Assembly: GCA_964512205.1 (NCBI GenBank)
Contig: CAZEGK010000001.1
Location: 68,770 to 132,769, forward strand
Source: an uncultured bacterium
GTDB taxonomy: Bacteria > Chlamydiota > Chlamydiia > Chlamydiales > FEN-1388
Direction of reading: 5' to 3'
Length of the DNA: 64,000 bases
The notes beneath the pieces were generated by a model. The model had not been told where the DNA came from, made no database searches, and saw only the letters and a list, made by a program, of their open reading frames with translations. Of the stretch, positions 35,780 through 45,487 are shown piece after piece (position 1 is the first letter of the stretch; each line of letters starts with the position of its first letter). The translations under genes were made by a program, and so were the position numbers.

Positions 35780-38475
35780 GTTGTTGGTTTTATGGGACAG
35801 GAGCTAATGTTTGGGTCCTGAACAAGGAAGGGAAGCACGTCGACGACAGAGGGAGACCAATCGAGCCCTCTTGTATAGACAACTTTTGAAGCGATCCAAG
35901 ATGCAATTATCGCCTTCTTATGAACATCGGGTATTGAACTTTTTAATCTATCAGAAAATTTAGCTACAAGAAGCGGAAGGCAAAATTCAAAAAAGCAGCT
36001 CATGTAGGGCATCTCGTGCAGCTCTACAGGGCGCAAATAGTCTCGTATTTCCTTGCTATATTTATTTATACGATCAGAGATATCTTCAGAGATGTGGCTG
36101 CAAGATTCGTGAGTTTTACGATGGGTATCAATGATAAGCCTTACCTCTTCTCTTGCATATTGGACAATTTTTTCGAGGATCTCTTTAACTATCTCCTCTT
36201 TATGATCCATAAACTCACTATCACTGAGCGAAAGACTTGAGAGCACTTCAAATGAAGAGCAGATAACCCCGCCCTTATTTGCCGAGCTATCTTTGATGAT
36301 TATTGTACCTTTTTGCTCCAAAAAGTCTCTTGCTTCCTGGGTAATGTAAAGATTTGCCCCCTCTATGATAGCTCTTGCGGTTGGCTTTAGCGAGGAATCT
36401 AAAAATTCAGAGACATTATACTGGTTTAGCGCTCCCGGCCTCCCGCCTGCCGGGATAAAAACATCTGCTTTTGTCTTATGCACGAAAGTACGTACAATTT
36501 CCTGCGCTTCACTTCCTGAGAGCCACTCCTCGTGGAGCCTATCGCCTACCTTTCTTTGGCAGAGTATTTTTACGATGTGAATCGCCTCTTTCTTCTCAGC
36601 TCGCATATCAAGGAGAAACCCCCCGTCAGAGAGCTTTTCTGGCGGATAAAAGCGTATTGGCTTTGTCTGTAAAAACAGCTCCTTCAAATAGGCAAGATCA
36701 AGCCCCTGAGGGTCATAGATAACCCCTGAAACATCTATAAGTGTCAAAAGTTTAGCGGTTTTTCCAAAGTATTTCTCAAGATTTAAGATTTGATTGCCGG
36801 CAACATCTCCATCCGGACCACCGGACATCTTCACAGTAAAAAGCTCTTTTTCGGGATCTATACCGAGATGAACAAGCACCTCTTTCATACAGACATTCAC
36901 TCCCAAAGAAGTAACGCCATACCGCTTATGATTGATGCCGATCTTTGGCTTACTGGAAATGAAGGCACTACCGGGAAAATAGCCAATCTTTTCAGAATAG
37001 GCAGCTATCCACTCGATCATGGAATCATGCATATTTTCATCTGGCCCAAAGTAGAGATACTCCGGAAGCCCGTAGTAATCGACTATAAGAGGATCCTGTC
37101 CGGTAACCAGCGAAAGCAGGCTTTCGATAAAAAGCCTTTGAGCCCTATAGAGAATCCCATTTGGATAGAGAAAACAAATCGCCTTCGATCCCCCCTCCGG
37201 AATATCCTTATTTTTTTTCTCTTGCGTAAGGGCCAGGTCGTAGCATTCTCTAAAGGTGAGAGCTGCCTCATCTTGGGCTTGATCACGCTTGGGGATAATT
37301 GTCCTCATGCCGCCACGGGCAAGATCCTGAAAGCGTATATGAAAGCCAAAAAAGTCCCTGCTATAGATGTAAAATATCCCAAATGGCTCCTCAGGAAATA
37401 TCTCTTTGAGCTCTCCTACAATAGAGCCATCGAGCCTAAAAGATGTCGCCCCTTTCTTTACGATAAAGAAGTTCGTTTTTAAGACAGCATCAACAAAGTG
37501 TACGCCATACCGAAGGCAGGTTTTACGTCGAAGGTCGCTCAGCTCCTTTCCGGTATCTTGCCGATCTATAAGCTCAAGGAGCTTGAGACGAAGCGGCGCA
37601 TACTCCTCTACGTTCTTATTATAGGGATCACATCGAAGACAAAAGAGCGCAAAGAGACTTCGTGCGATTGCAGGCCAGTAACAAAATGCCTCCTGGACAT
37701 TGCTTAAGGAATACATATGAGGATCGACATTAAAGAAAAGCTCATGGACAAAGAGCGATACACTTCTCAAAAACATCCGAAAATCAGCATATTCCGGAAA
37801 CAGCTCCCTGAAGGGATCATCCGTAGCAAAATCACGAACAGCAGCAAGCTCCTTGATAAGCGCACTAACATCGATGTCCTGCCATCCAAATATCTGCATC
37901 TCAATGTATAAAATGTCCTTATTGACAAAAGAAAAAAAGAGTTCTCCAAGCTTGAGTTTATGCATTGAGAGCACCCTCAAAAATCTTCCTACATGACCAT
38001 CTTTTGGCGTCTCCTTTACTGCAAGACGAACTGTAAGTGCCTCGGAATCATCCTGAGGTTTTATCGCTTCACATTCCGTAAAGTCAGAATCTTTTGCCCT
38101 CTCTATAAGTTCAGAGTGAATCTCCTTTACCTCTTCAAATAACAAAATGGCAATTCTTACCTTTTGGCTATCACCTGGAAGCGGCTTTAGGGAAACATAG
38201 GTATGCATTGAAGAAATGGGTCTTTGCCCATATTGCTTAAAGATCTTGTAGTCACTATCGAGCTCATCTCGGGAGATAACAATGGTGGCATTTTCAATGG
38301 AAATCGCACTAAAATAGCCTTGAAGCTTAAATCCTACGAGGCTATGGGCTATGAGGAGCAGCGCATCGTCTGTTACCTCTTCATAAAATGTTGAGCCATA
38401 GGCCTCTTTCAGCCAGAGGTAGAGTGAGCGAAATTCCTCCGTCTCTTTTGCCAAAAAGCTTTCGGTATCGGCCAT
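35776..38475 (-). CDS. large NAD-specific glutamate dehydrogenase-like protein (Bac_GDH family)
   Basis: ARGGMRTI..KNKDIPEGGSKA, GINHKRYGVTSLGV, MSGGPDGDVAGNQI and EGANLYITQEA resemble the catalytic core of large bacterial NAD-GDHs. Confidence 0.6.
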   Translation of the reverse strand: MADTESFLAKETEEFRSLYLWLKEAYGSTFYEEVTDDALLLIAHSLVGFKLQGYFSAISIENATIVISRDELDSDYKIFKQYGQRPISSMHTYVSLKPLPGDSQKVRIAILLFEEVKEIHSELIERAKDSDFTECEAIKPQDDSEALTVRLAVKETPKDGHVGRFLRVLSMHKLKLGELFFSFVNKDILYIEMQIFGWQDIDVSALIKELAAVRDFATDDPFRELFPEYADFRMFLRSVSLFVHELFFNVDPHMYSLSNVQEAFCYWPAIARSLFALFCLRCDPYNKNVEEYAPLRLKLLELIDRQDTGKELSDLRRKTCLRYGVHFVDAVLKTNFFIVKKGATSFRLDGSIVGELKEIFPEEPFGIFYIYSRDFFGFHIRFQDLARGGMRTIIPKRDQAQDEAALTFRECYDLALTQEKKNKDIPEGGSKAICFLYPNGILYRAQRLFIESLLSLVTGQDPLIVDYYGLPEYLYFGPDENMHDSMIEWIAAYSEKIGYFPGSAFISSKPKIGINHKRYGVTSLGVNVCMKEVLVHLGIDPEKELFTVKMSGGPDGDVAGNQILNLEKYFGKTAKLLTLIDVSGVIYDPQGLDLAYLKELFLQTKPIRFYPPEKLSDGGFLLDMRAEKKEAIHIVKILCQRKVGDRLHEEWLSGSEAQEIVRTFVHKTKADVFIPAGGRPGALNQYNVSEFLDSSLKPTARAIIEGANLYITQEARDFLEQKGTIIIKDSSANKGGVICSSFEVLSSLSLSDSEFMDHKEEIVKEILEKIVQYAREEVRLIIDTHRKTHESCSHISEDISDRINKYSKEIRDYLRPVELHEMPYMSCFFEFCLPLLVAKFSDRLKSSIPDVHKKAIIASWIASKVVYTRGLDWSPSVVDVLPFLVQDPNISSCPIKPTT

Positions 38476-38552
38476 TGTATTTAGGTTCCTTAAAACCCTT
38501 AGTATCTATATAAATTATTTTTTTACAACAGGAAAGGGACACCACGGTCCCT

Positions 38553-40493
38553 TTACTTTTTAAGGAGCCTTAAAGCATTAAGGCCGACAAGGACTGTCCC
38601 ACCCTCATGGACAATAACGGCAAGCCAAAGGGGCAGCATTCCAAGGAGGGAAGGGATAGTTCCACAGAGGATCGCAAGAGAGGCAATGAAAAGGTTTTGC
38701 ATGACAATTTCTCTTGTTTTTTTCGCTTTTGCAAAGAGCCAGTCGAGAAGTTCGATATTGTCATGGAGCAGTATGACATCAGCTGCACCTCTTGCTGTTG
38801 CGGAGCCAACTTGGCCCATGCAGATGCCTACAGTTGATCGTGCAAGGGCCGGAGCATCATTGATGCCATCACCAACCATCGCAAGCCCTTCATTTTCAGA
38901 GAGCTCTCCTATTCTTCTGAGCTTATCTTCCGGTTTTAGACCTGCTTCAAAGTGATCAAGGCCTATTTCCTTAGCAATAAGCTCTGCGCTTTCTTTATGA
39001 TCGCCAGTTAGCATCAGCAAGCGCCTTCCTGATTTCTTTAAGGAATCAAGCATTTTTTTTATACCTGGTCTTGCATGGTCAGAAAAAAGCAATACGTAGA
39101 TATCTTCATCAACTATGAGGCAGGCAACAATTTTTCCTTTAGGTTTTTCAATTTTATTCTGAGGATCGCCAATATAGATTTTTTTTCCATCCAAAAACCC
39201 TTCAACGCCATATCCTGGAATTACCGAAACATTGGTAACAGGACGAAGCGCGAGCTTCTTATCTTCAGCGGTCCGCATAATTGCTTTTGCAATGGGATGT
39301 ACAGCATTTCGCTCAAGTGATGCAGCAATCTGAAGCACCTCATCGTTAGAGAGCTTGCCGGCGGGCCCTTCGATGCTATCTAAAACAAGCTCTCCAAGTG
39401 TAAGCGTCCCTGTTTTGTCAAAGGCAACAACGGAGCATTTTTCAAGAGCATCTAAGACAACACCCCCCTTAAGGACAATCCCCTTCTTGGCACAGGCGCC
39501 AAGCGCACTCAAATAGGCTATAGGAACTGCTAAAATCAATGCACAAGGAGATGCCGTGATAAGAAAGGCAAGCGAGCGATAGATCGATCCCTCTCTACCA
39601 AGATAGGTCATATCAAAGAGCAAAGGAAAAGTAGCAGCAAAGAGAAAAAAGAGTGCAATGATAGAAATTGCATACCCTCTTGAAAATGTATCAAACCAGC
39701 GCTCAAGTGCCGGTTTTGCACTTTGAGCCTCGGTTATCAATTGCACAATACGAGCTACTGTAGAATCATGGCTTAAGTGCGTGACCTTGACGGTAAGAGA
39801 TCCATCAATTACTCGAGCACCTGAAGGCACTTCATCGCCTACAATCTTTCGCACAGGGTTGCTCTCTCCTGTAAGGTGGACAAGACTCACACTTGATGCA
39901 CCATCAACCACTACGCCATCAAGCGGCACAACTTCACCAGCCCTCACTAAGACATGCGCATCTAGCGGCACATCCTGAATAGCTCGCTCTCTGAGCTCAG
40001 AGCCATCGACAACATAGGCCTTGACAGGCACTATCTTATGGAGCTCAATAAGTGCATTTTTTGCTTTAAGCGAGACGGCATCTTCGATTGCTCCTGAGAG
40101 CGCAAAGAGAACCAAAAGAAGCGCACCCTCAAAGCCAGACCCCATAAAAATGGCGCCAAAGGCAGCCATTGTCATAAGAACATCTATGTTGCAGTCTCGC
40201 TTAATCACGATGTCTTCTATGGCATTTATAAGCGCCGGGATTCCGACAATTAGATAGACTGCGGAAAGAAGTATTGCAGAGAGGACAAAATAGGACTGCA
40301 TCAAAAAGCTCAAAGCAAGAAGCACGGATGCAAGACAGGATGCTTTAAGGGGAAAATTTCGAGAAATTTTACGAGCAAAAGGGGTTAAAAAGGGGCTTGC
40401 ACTTTCTTCAAGGCCCATCTCAAAAAAGTCGCGAACGACAAATTCTTGCCCATGCCTTCGACTTATTGGTATTTTTTCATCAAGTAAATTCAT
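38553..40493 (-). CDS. P1B-4-type heavy-metal (Co/Fe/Zn-class) P-type ATPase
   Basis: DKTGTLT, TGDH and GDGINDAP are present. TM4 has SPC instead of CPC, and the last TM has HEGGT. There is no N-terminal CxxC metal-binding domain. Together these are the P1B-4 signature. Confidence 0.85.
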   Translation of the reverse strand: MNLLDEKIPISRRHGQEFVVRDFFEMGLEESASPFLTPFARKISRNFPLKASCLASVLLALSFLMQSYFVLSAILLSAVYLIVGIPALINAIEDIVIKRDCNIDVLMTMAAFGAIFMGSGFEGALLLVLFALSGAIEDAVSLKAKNALIELHKIVPVKAYVVDGSELRERAIQDVPLDAHVLVRAGEVVPLDGVVVDGASSVSLVHLTGESNPVRKIVGDEVPSGARVIDGSLTVKVTHLSHDSTVARIVQLITEAQSAKPALERWFDTFSRGYAISIIALFFLFAATFPLLFDMTYLGREGSIYRSLAFLITASPCALILAVPIAYLSALGACAKKGIVLKGGVVLDALEKCSVVAFDKTGTLTLGELVLDSIEGPAGKLSNDEVLQIAASLERNAVHPIAKAIMRTAEDKKLALRPVTNVSVIPGYGVEGFLDGKKIYIGDPQNKIEKPKGKIVACLIVDEDIYVLLFSDHARPGIKKMLDSLKKSGRRLLMLTGDHKESAELIAKEIGLDHFEAGLKPEDKLRRIGELSENEGLAMVGDGINDAPALARSTVGICMGQVGSATARGAADVILLHDNIELLDWLFAKAKKTREIVMQNLFIASLAILCGTIPSLLGMLPLWLAVIVHEGGTVLVGLNALRLLKK

Positions 40494-41215
40494 TGAAGTT
40501 TCATCATAAAATAGGCTACAAGGTAAGCAAAAAGAGCTATGCTAATATTCCACACCATCGCAGGGATGACTTTATTATGCTCTCTTTTAGCAGTAAAGTA
40601 GCAGCTTATAGCAAAAAGAAGTAATGCGAAGAGAAGACTTGTCTCAGTAACCTCTCCTACAATCATACAGCCAGTAGCAATCAATGCCCCAACCCCAGCT
40701 CCAAGCCCCTGTATAATCGGGTGCTCATTTTGCTCTAAGCGAAAGCCCATCTCCTCCTCAAGCATGACGCGAAGTGCCCTATCGCCATCTGCCATTAAAA
40801 CATCTACAACCTCATCTAAGAGCTTACCTCTAAATCCCTTGGCATAATAGAGTGCTTTTAGCTCCTCCTTTTCCTGGTCGCGATTCTCTTCGATTTCGCG
40901 CCGCTCTTCATCCATTACCCTATGAAGCCTCTCAAGTCTCGACCATGAAAGCCAGCTTGCCCTCCCAGTCTTCCAAAAAATAAGGCCCAGGCCAAGGGAA
41001 AGCAGAATTACTACCATCTGCCCTGGAACAAACTCAAAGTGATTGAGTATCATAGAGATAACGAGCATGACAAGAGTAGTTTCCCTCAATGCGTCTGTTG
41101 CAGCAAAAAGATAGCCCGGCGTCTCAGCGCCATGGATTTCGAAAGAAGTGAGCTTGCCCGCTGTTTGAACCTCTACCATGTGTTGCAGAGGATCTTTACC
41201 TTTAAAATGGTCCAT
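40490..41215 (-). CDS. VIT1/CCC1-family Fe/Mn transporter-like membrane protein
   Basis: A central cytoplasmic helix region (EERREIEENRDQEKEELKALYYAKGF..LLDEVVDVLMADGDRALRVMLEEEMGF) is flanked by TM segments. A 4-nt ATGA overlap with the ATPase start suggests an operon. Confidence 0.55.
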   Translation of the reverse strand: MDHFKGKDPLQHMVEVQTAGKLTSFEIHGAETPGYLFAATDALRETTLVMLVISMILNHFEFVPGQMVVILLSLGLGLIFWKTGRASWLSWSRLERLHRVMDEERREIEENRDQEKEELKALYYAKGFRGKLLDEVVDVLMADGDRALRVMLEEEMGFRLEQNEHPIIQGLGAGVGALIATGCMIVGEVTETSLLFALLLFAISCYFTAKREHNKVIPAMVWNISIALFAYLVAYFMMKLQ

Positions 41216-41294
41216 TTTTAACTCTCAGTATATAGAAAGAGTAGCAATTTTACCATAAAGCGACAAGTGACCCCTTTATTTTATAATTATTTTT

Positions 41295-41303
41295 TGATAT
41301 AAT
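41295..41303 (+). promoter_or_regulatory. extended -10 promoter candidate (TGaTATAAT)
   Basis: TGATATAAT lies about 40 nt upstream of ATG 41344, which itself has an AGGAG SD. The tool's start at 41302 falls inside this -10 box. Confidence 0.4.
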
Positions 41304-41343
41304 GTGTATAAGGGGACGAACTTTCACGAGAGGAGAATTTCCT

Positions 41344-44300
41344 ATGGGTAATCCCGACGTATCCGGAGTTGGAGCAAACTGGTATCTAGGCGGAGGCTTT
41401 CCAAGCGGCACTATAGCTACGACCTCATCTGCCTACCAGGGAGCTCTCAACGATCTTCAATTAAAATCAAGCGCCTATTTAGCGGCAAAAGATGCCCTTG
41501 AAACTGCAATGCTTGGAACAAGCCAATCTGCCGTCACAGGCGCAAAAACTGCCTTTGACCTTGCAGCCGCGAATTTAAAGACATCTCTTACAAACATGCA
41601 GACAAAAACTGCATCGCTTGCAAATGCCCAAGTGTCAGCCGAAACAAATGTCGACAGCAAGCTCGATACAAACATGTCAAACTTTGCGAGCGATTTAGCA
41701 GGCGTTATGAACCAGCAGCTTACACTGCCAGAAACTGTAAGTAACGATTTAGACACTCAATTTGCTGCAGCTGATGCCAATAGAATAAGCGTTCGAGGAG
41801 ACTACTTCGCTGCAATAAGTACCTATTTTAGCTCACAAAACACCTTGAACGTTGAACGAAACAACTTTCAAGACCTAAACGATGACCTTCTTTCGCTTCA
41901 GGCACAAAAGAGAATCGATGAGCTAGCTTCATCGCCAAATCCTGTAGTAATAGCTGCAGATCAAGCGGCAATCGATGCAAAGCAAATTCAAGTAAATACA
42001 AGCTCTGCGCAACTTGCTATACTAAAATCTTTAAGAGACGCAAACCTTACTCAACTTCAAGGCGCCTCTACCACCTATACAAGTGCACTTGATGCTGAAA
42101 TCGCGCTTCTTAACCAGGCAGCACTTCTCATGCACACAACAGCAACTGGATTTTTGGAGGCACTGCAATCTGCAAAAGAGGGAGCAGTACAGACGGAGCA
42201 AGCAGCACTTGCCGCATCTCAAGCTGCTGATCAATCACTTTACAATGACCTTTTAACAGGCTTTCCGACATCAAATACAAGCGTAAACACACAAACGCAA
42301 ATCATCCAAAATGCCTATCTTCTTACCTTAAATCAAATAAATAGCTCAACACTTGCCCAAGCACCAAACCTTACAGAGATTACAGCTCCAGCACTTCCTG
42401 CCGCAGGACAGATGTCAATAAGCCAGCTGATGCAGTTTCTTACACTCGTACAGGTACTGCTTGACCAGCTTATCAGAGAGATCAGGCGTACCGATTCGCA
42501 AGTAAACCAGCTTAGACTCAGCATCTTTGGAGCGACAGGAACGGCAGACGCGTCAAAAGCTACTCAGCAAGCAATCTGGGGAAATATTATTGCAGCAGCG
42601 GATGCTGCATATAACGCTCAAGTTGCAGACGACAACGCTGATGCCTCAAAAGCATCTGTAGATGCAGTGAACTTTATCAAATCCCATGCAGCTTTAATTA
42701 ACACCTACATCAACCAGCTTAACTCAGATATTGACACGCAAAACGATAATGGCGTGAAGACTGTTACTGACCTAAACTCTGCTGTCCAAATGGCAATAGA
42801 TGAGTACAAAATAAATCTCTGGTCGGATCATGGAACACTCGACGACTTTCAAAATAAACTCTCAACTGCTGTGACAAATCTTGCCACAAGCGATCCTTTA
42901 AAGGGCCCTTTAAGCACTGTAAGCGGAAATGCACAAGCAGTAATTAGCGATCTAAAGACCATTTCAGGCCTCCTCAGTGTTCGCCCTATTGATGAGGCGG
43001 CAATTGGAGCAGTCCAGACGCAACTTACGACAGACCTCGCAACCCTAAATACCAATATTACAGCACTTCCTGCACAAGACAATTCCATTCAATCTCTACT
43101 TTCCGGGCTTACAGGGGCTATTACTTCTGTAAAAAATGATCAGACTACTCTCTTTACTGCTATACATAACGCAGAAGCAAGTGCAGCTTCTGCACTTAAA
43201 ACTCAAGTTAGCTCTGAATCGACAAGACTATCCTCCTACTCACAAGACATAAATACTGTCCTTTCGACACTAAGCCCAAATGATGCATCATTTCCTCTCC
43301 TTACAAGCTACAATGCAGCTATACCTGCCGTAACAGGAGCTTTAGCCACACTTTCAAACGACCTTGCAACTCCTCCTGTCAATTTAACTGCCGTAGCAGC
43401 TGACCAAGCGGCACTCGATGCAGCACTTGCAACTCTTGCCACTGCAAGATCAGCTATTTCTCTTGCTGCCCTCAATGGACCCGCATTAGATGCCGTTAAA
43501 GGAGCAGATGAAGTAGTAACAGACATTCAAGAAACTGAAGTTAGCCTCACTACGTATACGACATCTACAACTTCTGCAACATCGATTCCACCTACCCTGC
43601 CAGATCAGGTTCAGCAAGTCCTTATGCCACCTCCAATACAGCTTGAACATGTAACAACAATTAACTCTGCCTCTATCACCATACCATCCGGACTGCCATT
43701 AAAAGGAATAGATACATCAAAACATAAGGTCGCACAAGCCCCTCCAAAAGTTCCTACAGCATCCGTTGACTCTTTGAATAAAGAAATCGATCAACTTAAC
43801 CAGCAACTTGCTCCTGTTCTTGATAAACTGCACGCCGATGGACATACCGAAATCACACTTATTCCTCCTCTCTACATTCGCCCCTATGTAACGATACGAG
43901 ACCCTTCAGTATTTCTTGACTACAGCGTTTTCAACTCGCTCTTTGATCTTCTTTCCCAAATAATCGACTCTGAACTTGCTGCAAAATCAAGTGTTGAAAA
44001 CCCTCCAACAAACGCCCTCTTCTCCTTTAGCGACCTCCTTGGCAAGCCAAATGTCACAGCAGATGGTGCAAGCGCACAAGGCGTTGGTGCAGGAACGGGT
44101 GTTGGCGGCGCAAATCTTTCAAGTGGCGCAGGAATAATTGCACAGTCCTTAAGTACAGTCCTTAGCACTACAGATTTTTCAACCTATGTCCAAGGAATAC
44201 TACAGAGAACAGGCGTTGTCGCAGGCCTTGCTGCCCTTGGCAAGTTCCAGCCTCCACAACCCACTCGTTCACAATTTGGAATTGTAGAGCGAACCTCTAC

Positions 44301-45471
44301 ACCTCAGGCGGCAGGCCTTACAGCAGAGCAGCAAAAAGCAGCCGTATCATCTGCAGTAACGGAACTTCTCGCTACCGTTGAAAATGTACCAGCCCTAAAA
44401 GAGGACCTGCTTGCTATTTTAAAGGCAGCAAACCTGCAAAATCTCGACCAAGATGCAATCAATCAACTCCAAGCGCTTCTTATATTCCTCTTACAACTTG
44501 TAGCACTGCTCTTTGCAGCACTTGCAGTAGCAGCAGCCGGCGGCGAAACAAATATCGATACAATCGTTCAAAAAGCATTTGCTACGAATGAAGAGCAGCC
44601 TCTTGCAACAGCAGCACAAAACCTTAGAACGCTTGGCGTTACAGGAATTCCACGAGAAATCACCCCGTCAAACCCTGAATTTTTAAAGACATTCTTTAAT
44701 GCGATCGAGCCGATACTTACCGCAGAAGAGCGAGCACCTATTGTAAGTAATGTAACAGCTCTTTTTACAGACCATGGAATTACCATTAGAACCGGAACTC
44801 CTCTTGGAACAGCAATACAAACAGCACTTAATGAGGCCCCTGTTGACATTGCAACAAAAATACGTCAAGCACTTACAAAAGATGCACTCGATGAAGCAGA
44901 AAGACTGAAAAATGCCCTCATTGCAGACGATAAAAGAAGACCAACCTTCAGCCAAAGAATCGCAGAGATAGCTAAAGAACCCTCAATTAATCTGCCGCCA
45001 GAACAGGTAGCGAAAGTACAAAACGTTCTGCAAAATGCAGCTCCAAAAATAGAGGGACTTCCTGCTGAAGATAGAAACCACCTTGTACTTGCCCTTTTGG
45101 GCGGTATCGTAACACCGGATCAAGCTCGAGGCATTGTTCAAGAATTTATAAAAGAGGGTGCGCTAAAGACAAATGCACCGGTAGCTAACCTGATTCAAAC
45201 AGGAAAACCTGGAGAACTTCCAGACATTAAATCAGTGCTATCAATAGCATTAAAAGCATTAAGCAAACAGACATCCGATACTAATTTCTTACAAGAGGTC
45301 ACTTCCCGTTTTGCAGATACCGTCAGAGGCCAATCGGACTTCTTCCAAAAATCACTTTCTCTGATACTAAACCCTGCAAACACCTATGTGAAAAACTTCT
45401 CTATCGTTACAAGGCAGACGACAGATCACGACTCTCTTGGACCACTTACACAAATACCAGTATCGGGCTAA
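41344..45471 (+). CDS. giant Ala/Thr/Ser/Gln/Leu-rich secreted or membrane-inserting protein (T3S substrate/translocator candidate)
   Basis: 1375 codons with almost no Cys or Trp and long helical low-complexity stretches. One ~26-aa hydrophobic segment, ALLIFLLQLVALLFAALAVAAAGG, lies near 44470-44545. I recognised no enzymatic motif. Confidence 0.4.
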   Translation: MGNPDVSGVGANWYLGGGFPSGTIATTSSAYQGALNDLQLKSSAYLAAKDALETAMLGTSQSAVTGAKTAFDLAAANLKTSLTNMQTKTASLANAQVSAETNVDSKLDTNMSNFASDLAGVMNQQLTLPETVSNDLDTQFAAADANRISVRGDYFAAISTYFSSQNTLNVERNNFQDLNDDLLSLQAQKRIDELASSPNPVVIAADQAAIDAKQIQVNTSSAQLAILKSLRDANLTQLQGASTTYTSALDAEIALLNQAALLMHTTATGFLEALQSAKEGAVQTEQAALAASQAADQSLYNDLLTGFPTSNTSVNTQTQIIQNAYLLTLNQINSSTLAQAPNLTEITAPALPAAGQMSISQLMQFLTLVQVLLDQLIREIRRTDSQVNQLRLSIFGATGTADASKATQQAIWGNIIAAADAAYNAQVADDNADASKASVDAVNFIKSHAALINTYINQLNSDIDTQNDNGVKTVTDLNSAVQMAIDEYKINLWSDHGTLDDFQNKLSTAVTNLATSDPLKGPLSTVSGNAQAVISDLKTISGLLSVRPIDEAAIGAVQTQLTTDLATLNTNITALPAQDNSIQSLLSGLTGAITSVKNDQTTLFTAIHNAEASAASALKTQVSSESTRLSSYSQDINTVLSTLSPNDASFPLLTSYNAAIPAVTGALATLSNDLATPPVNLTAVAADQAALDAALATLATARSAISLAALNGPALDAVKGADEVVTDIQETEVSLTTYTTSTTSATSIPPTLPDQVQQVLMPPPIQLEHVTTINSASITIPSGLPLKGIDTSKHKVAQAPPKVPTASVDSLNKEIDQLNQQLAPVLDKLHADGHTEITLIPPLYIRPYVTIRDPSVFLDYSVFNSLFDLLSQIIDSELAAKSSVENPPTNALFSFSDLLGKPNVTADGASAQGVGAGTGVGGANLSSGAGIIAQSLSTVLSTTDFSTYVQGILQRTGVVAGLAALGKFQPPQPTRSQFGIVERTSTPQAAGLTAEQQKAAVSSAVTELLATVENVPALKEDLLAILKAANLQNLDQDAINQLQALLIFLLQLVALLFAALAVAAAGGETNIDTIVQKAFATNEEQPLATAAQNLRTLGVTGIPREITPSNPEFLKTFFNAIEPILTAEERAPIVSNVTALFTDHGITIRTGTPLGTAIQTALNEAPVDIATKIRQALTKDALDEAERLKNALIADDKRRPTFSQRIAEIAKEPSINLPPEQVAKVQNVLQNAAPKIEGLPAEDRNHLVLALLGGIVTPDQARGIVQEFIKEGALKTNAPVANLIQTGKPGELPDIKSVLSIALKALSKQTSDTNFLQEVTSRFADTVRGQSDFFQKSLSLILNPANTYVKNFSIVTRQTTDHDSLGPLTQIPVSG

Positions 45472-45487
45472 CGAAAGGATTGTACCT

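Noticed and set aside
36790-37482. 230-aa ORF on the plus strand inside the GDH-like gene
   Set aside because: It lies entirely antisense to a well-supported 899-aa gene, has no recognisable motifs and an odd composition. It is most likely a shadow ORF.
38533-38554. Hairpin AAAGGGAC-ACCACG-GTCCCTTT at the 3' end of the ATPase gene as its terminator
   Set aside because: It overlaps the stop codon, and the U-run follows it on the plus strand, not on the coding (minus) strand. The evidence for a terminator in the right orientation is not convincing.
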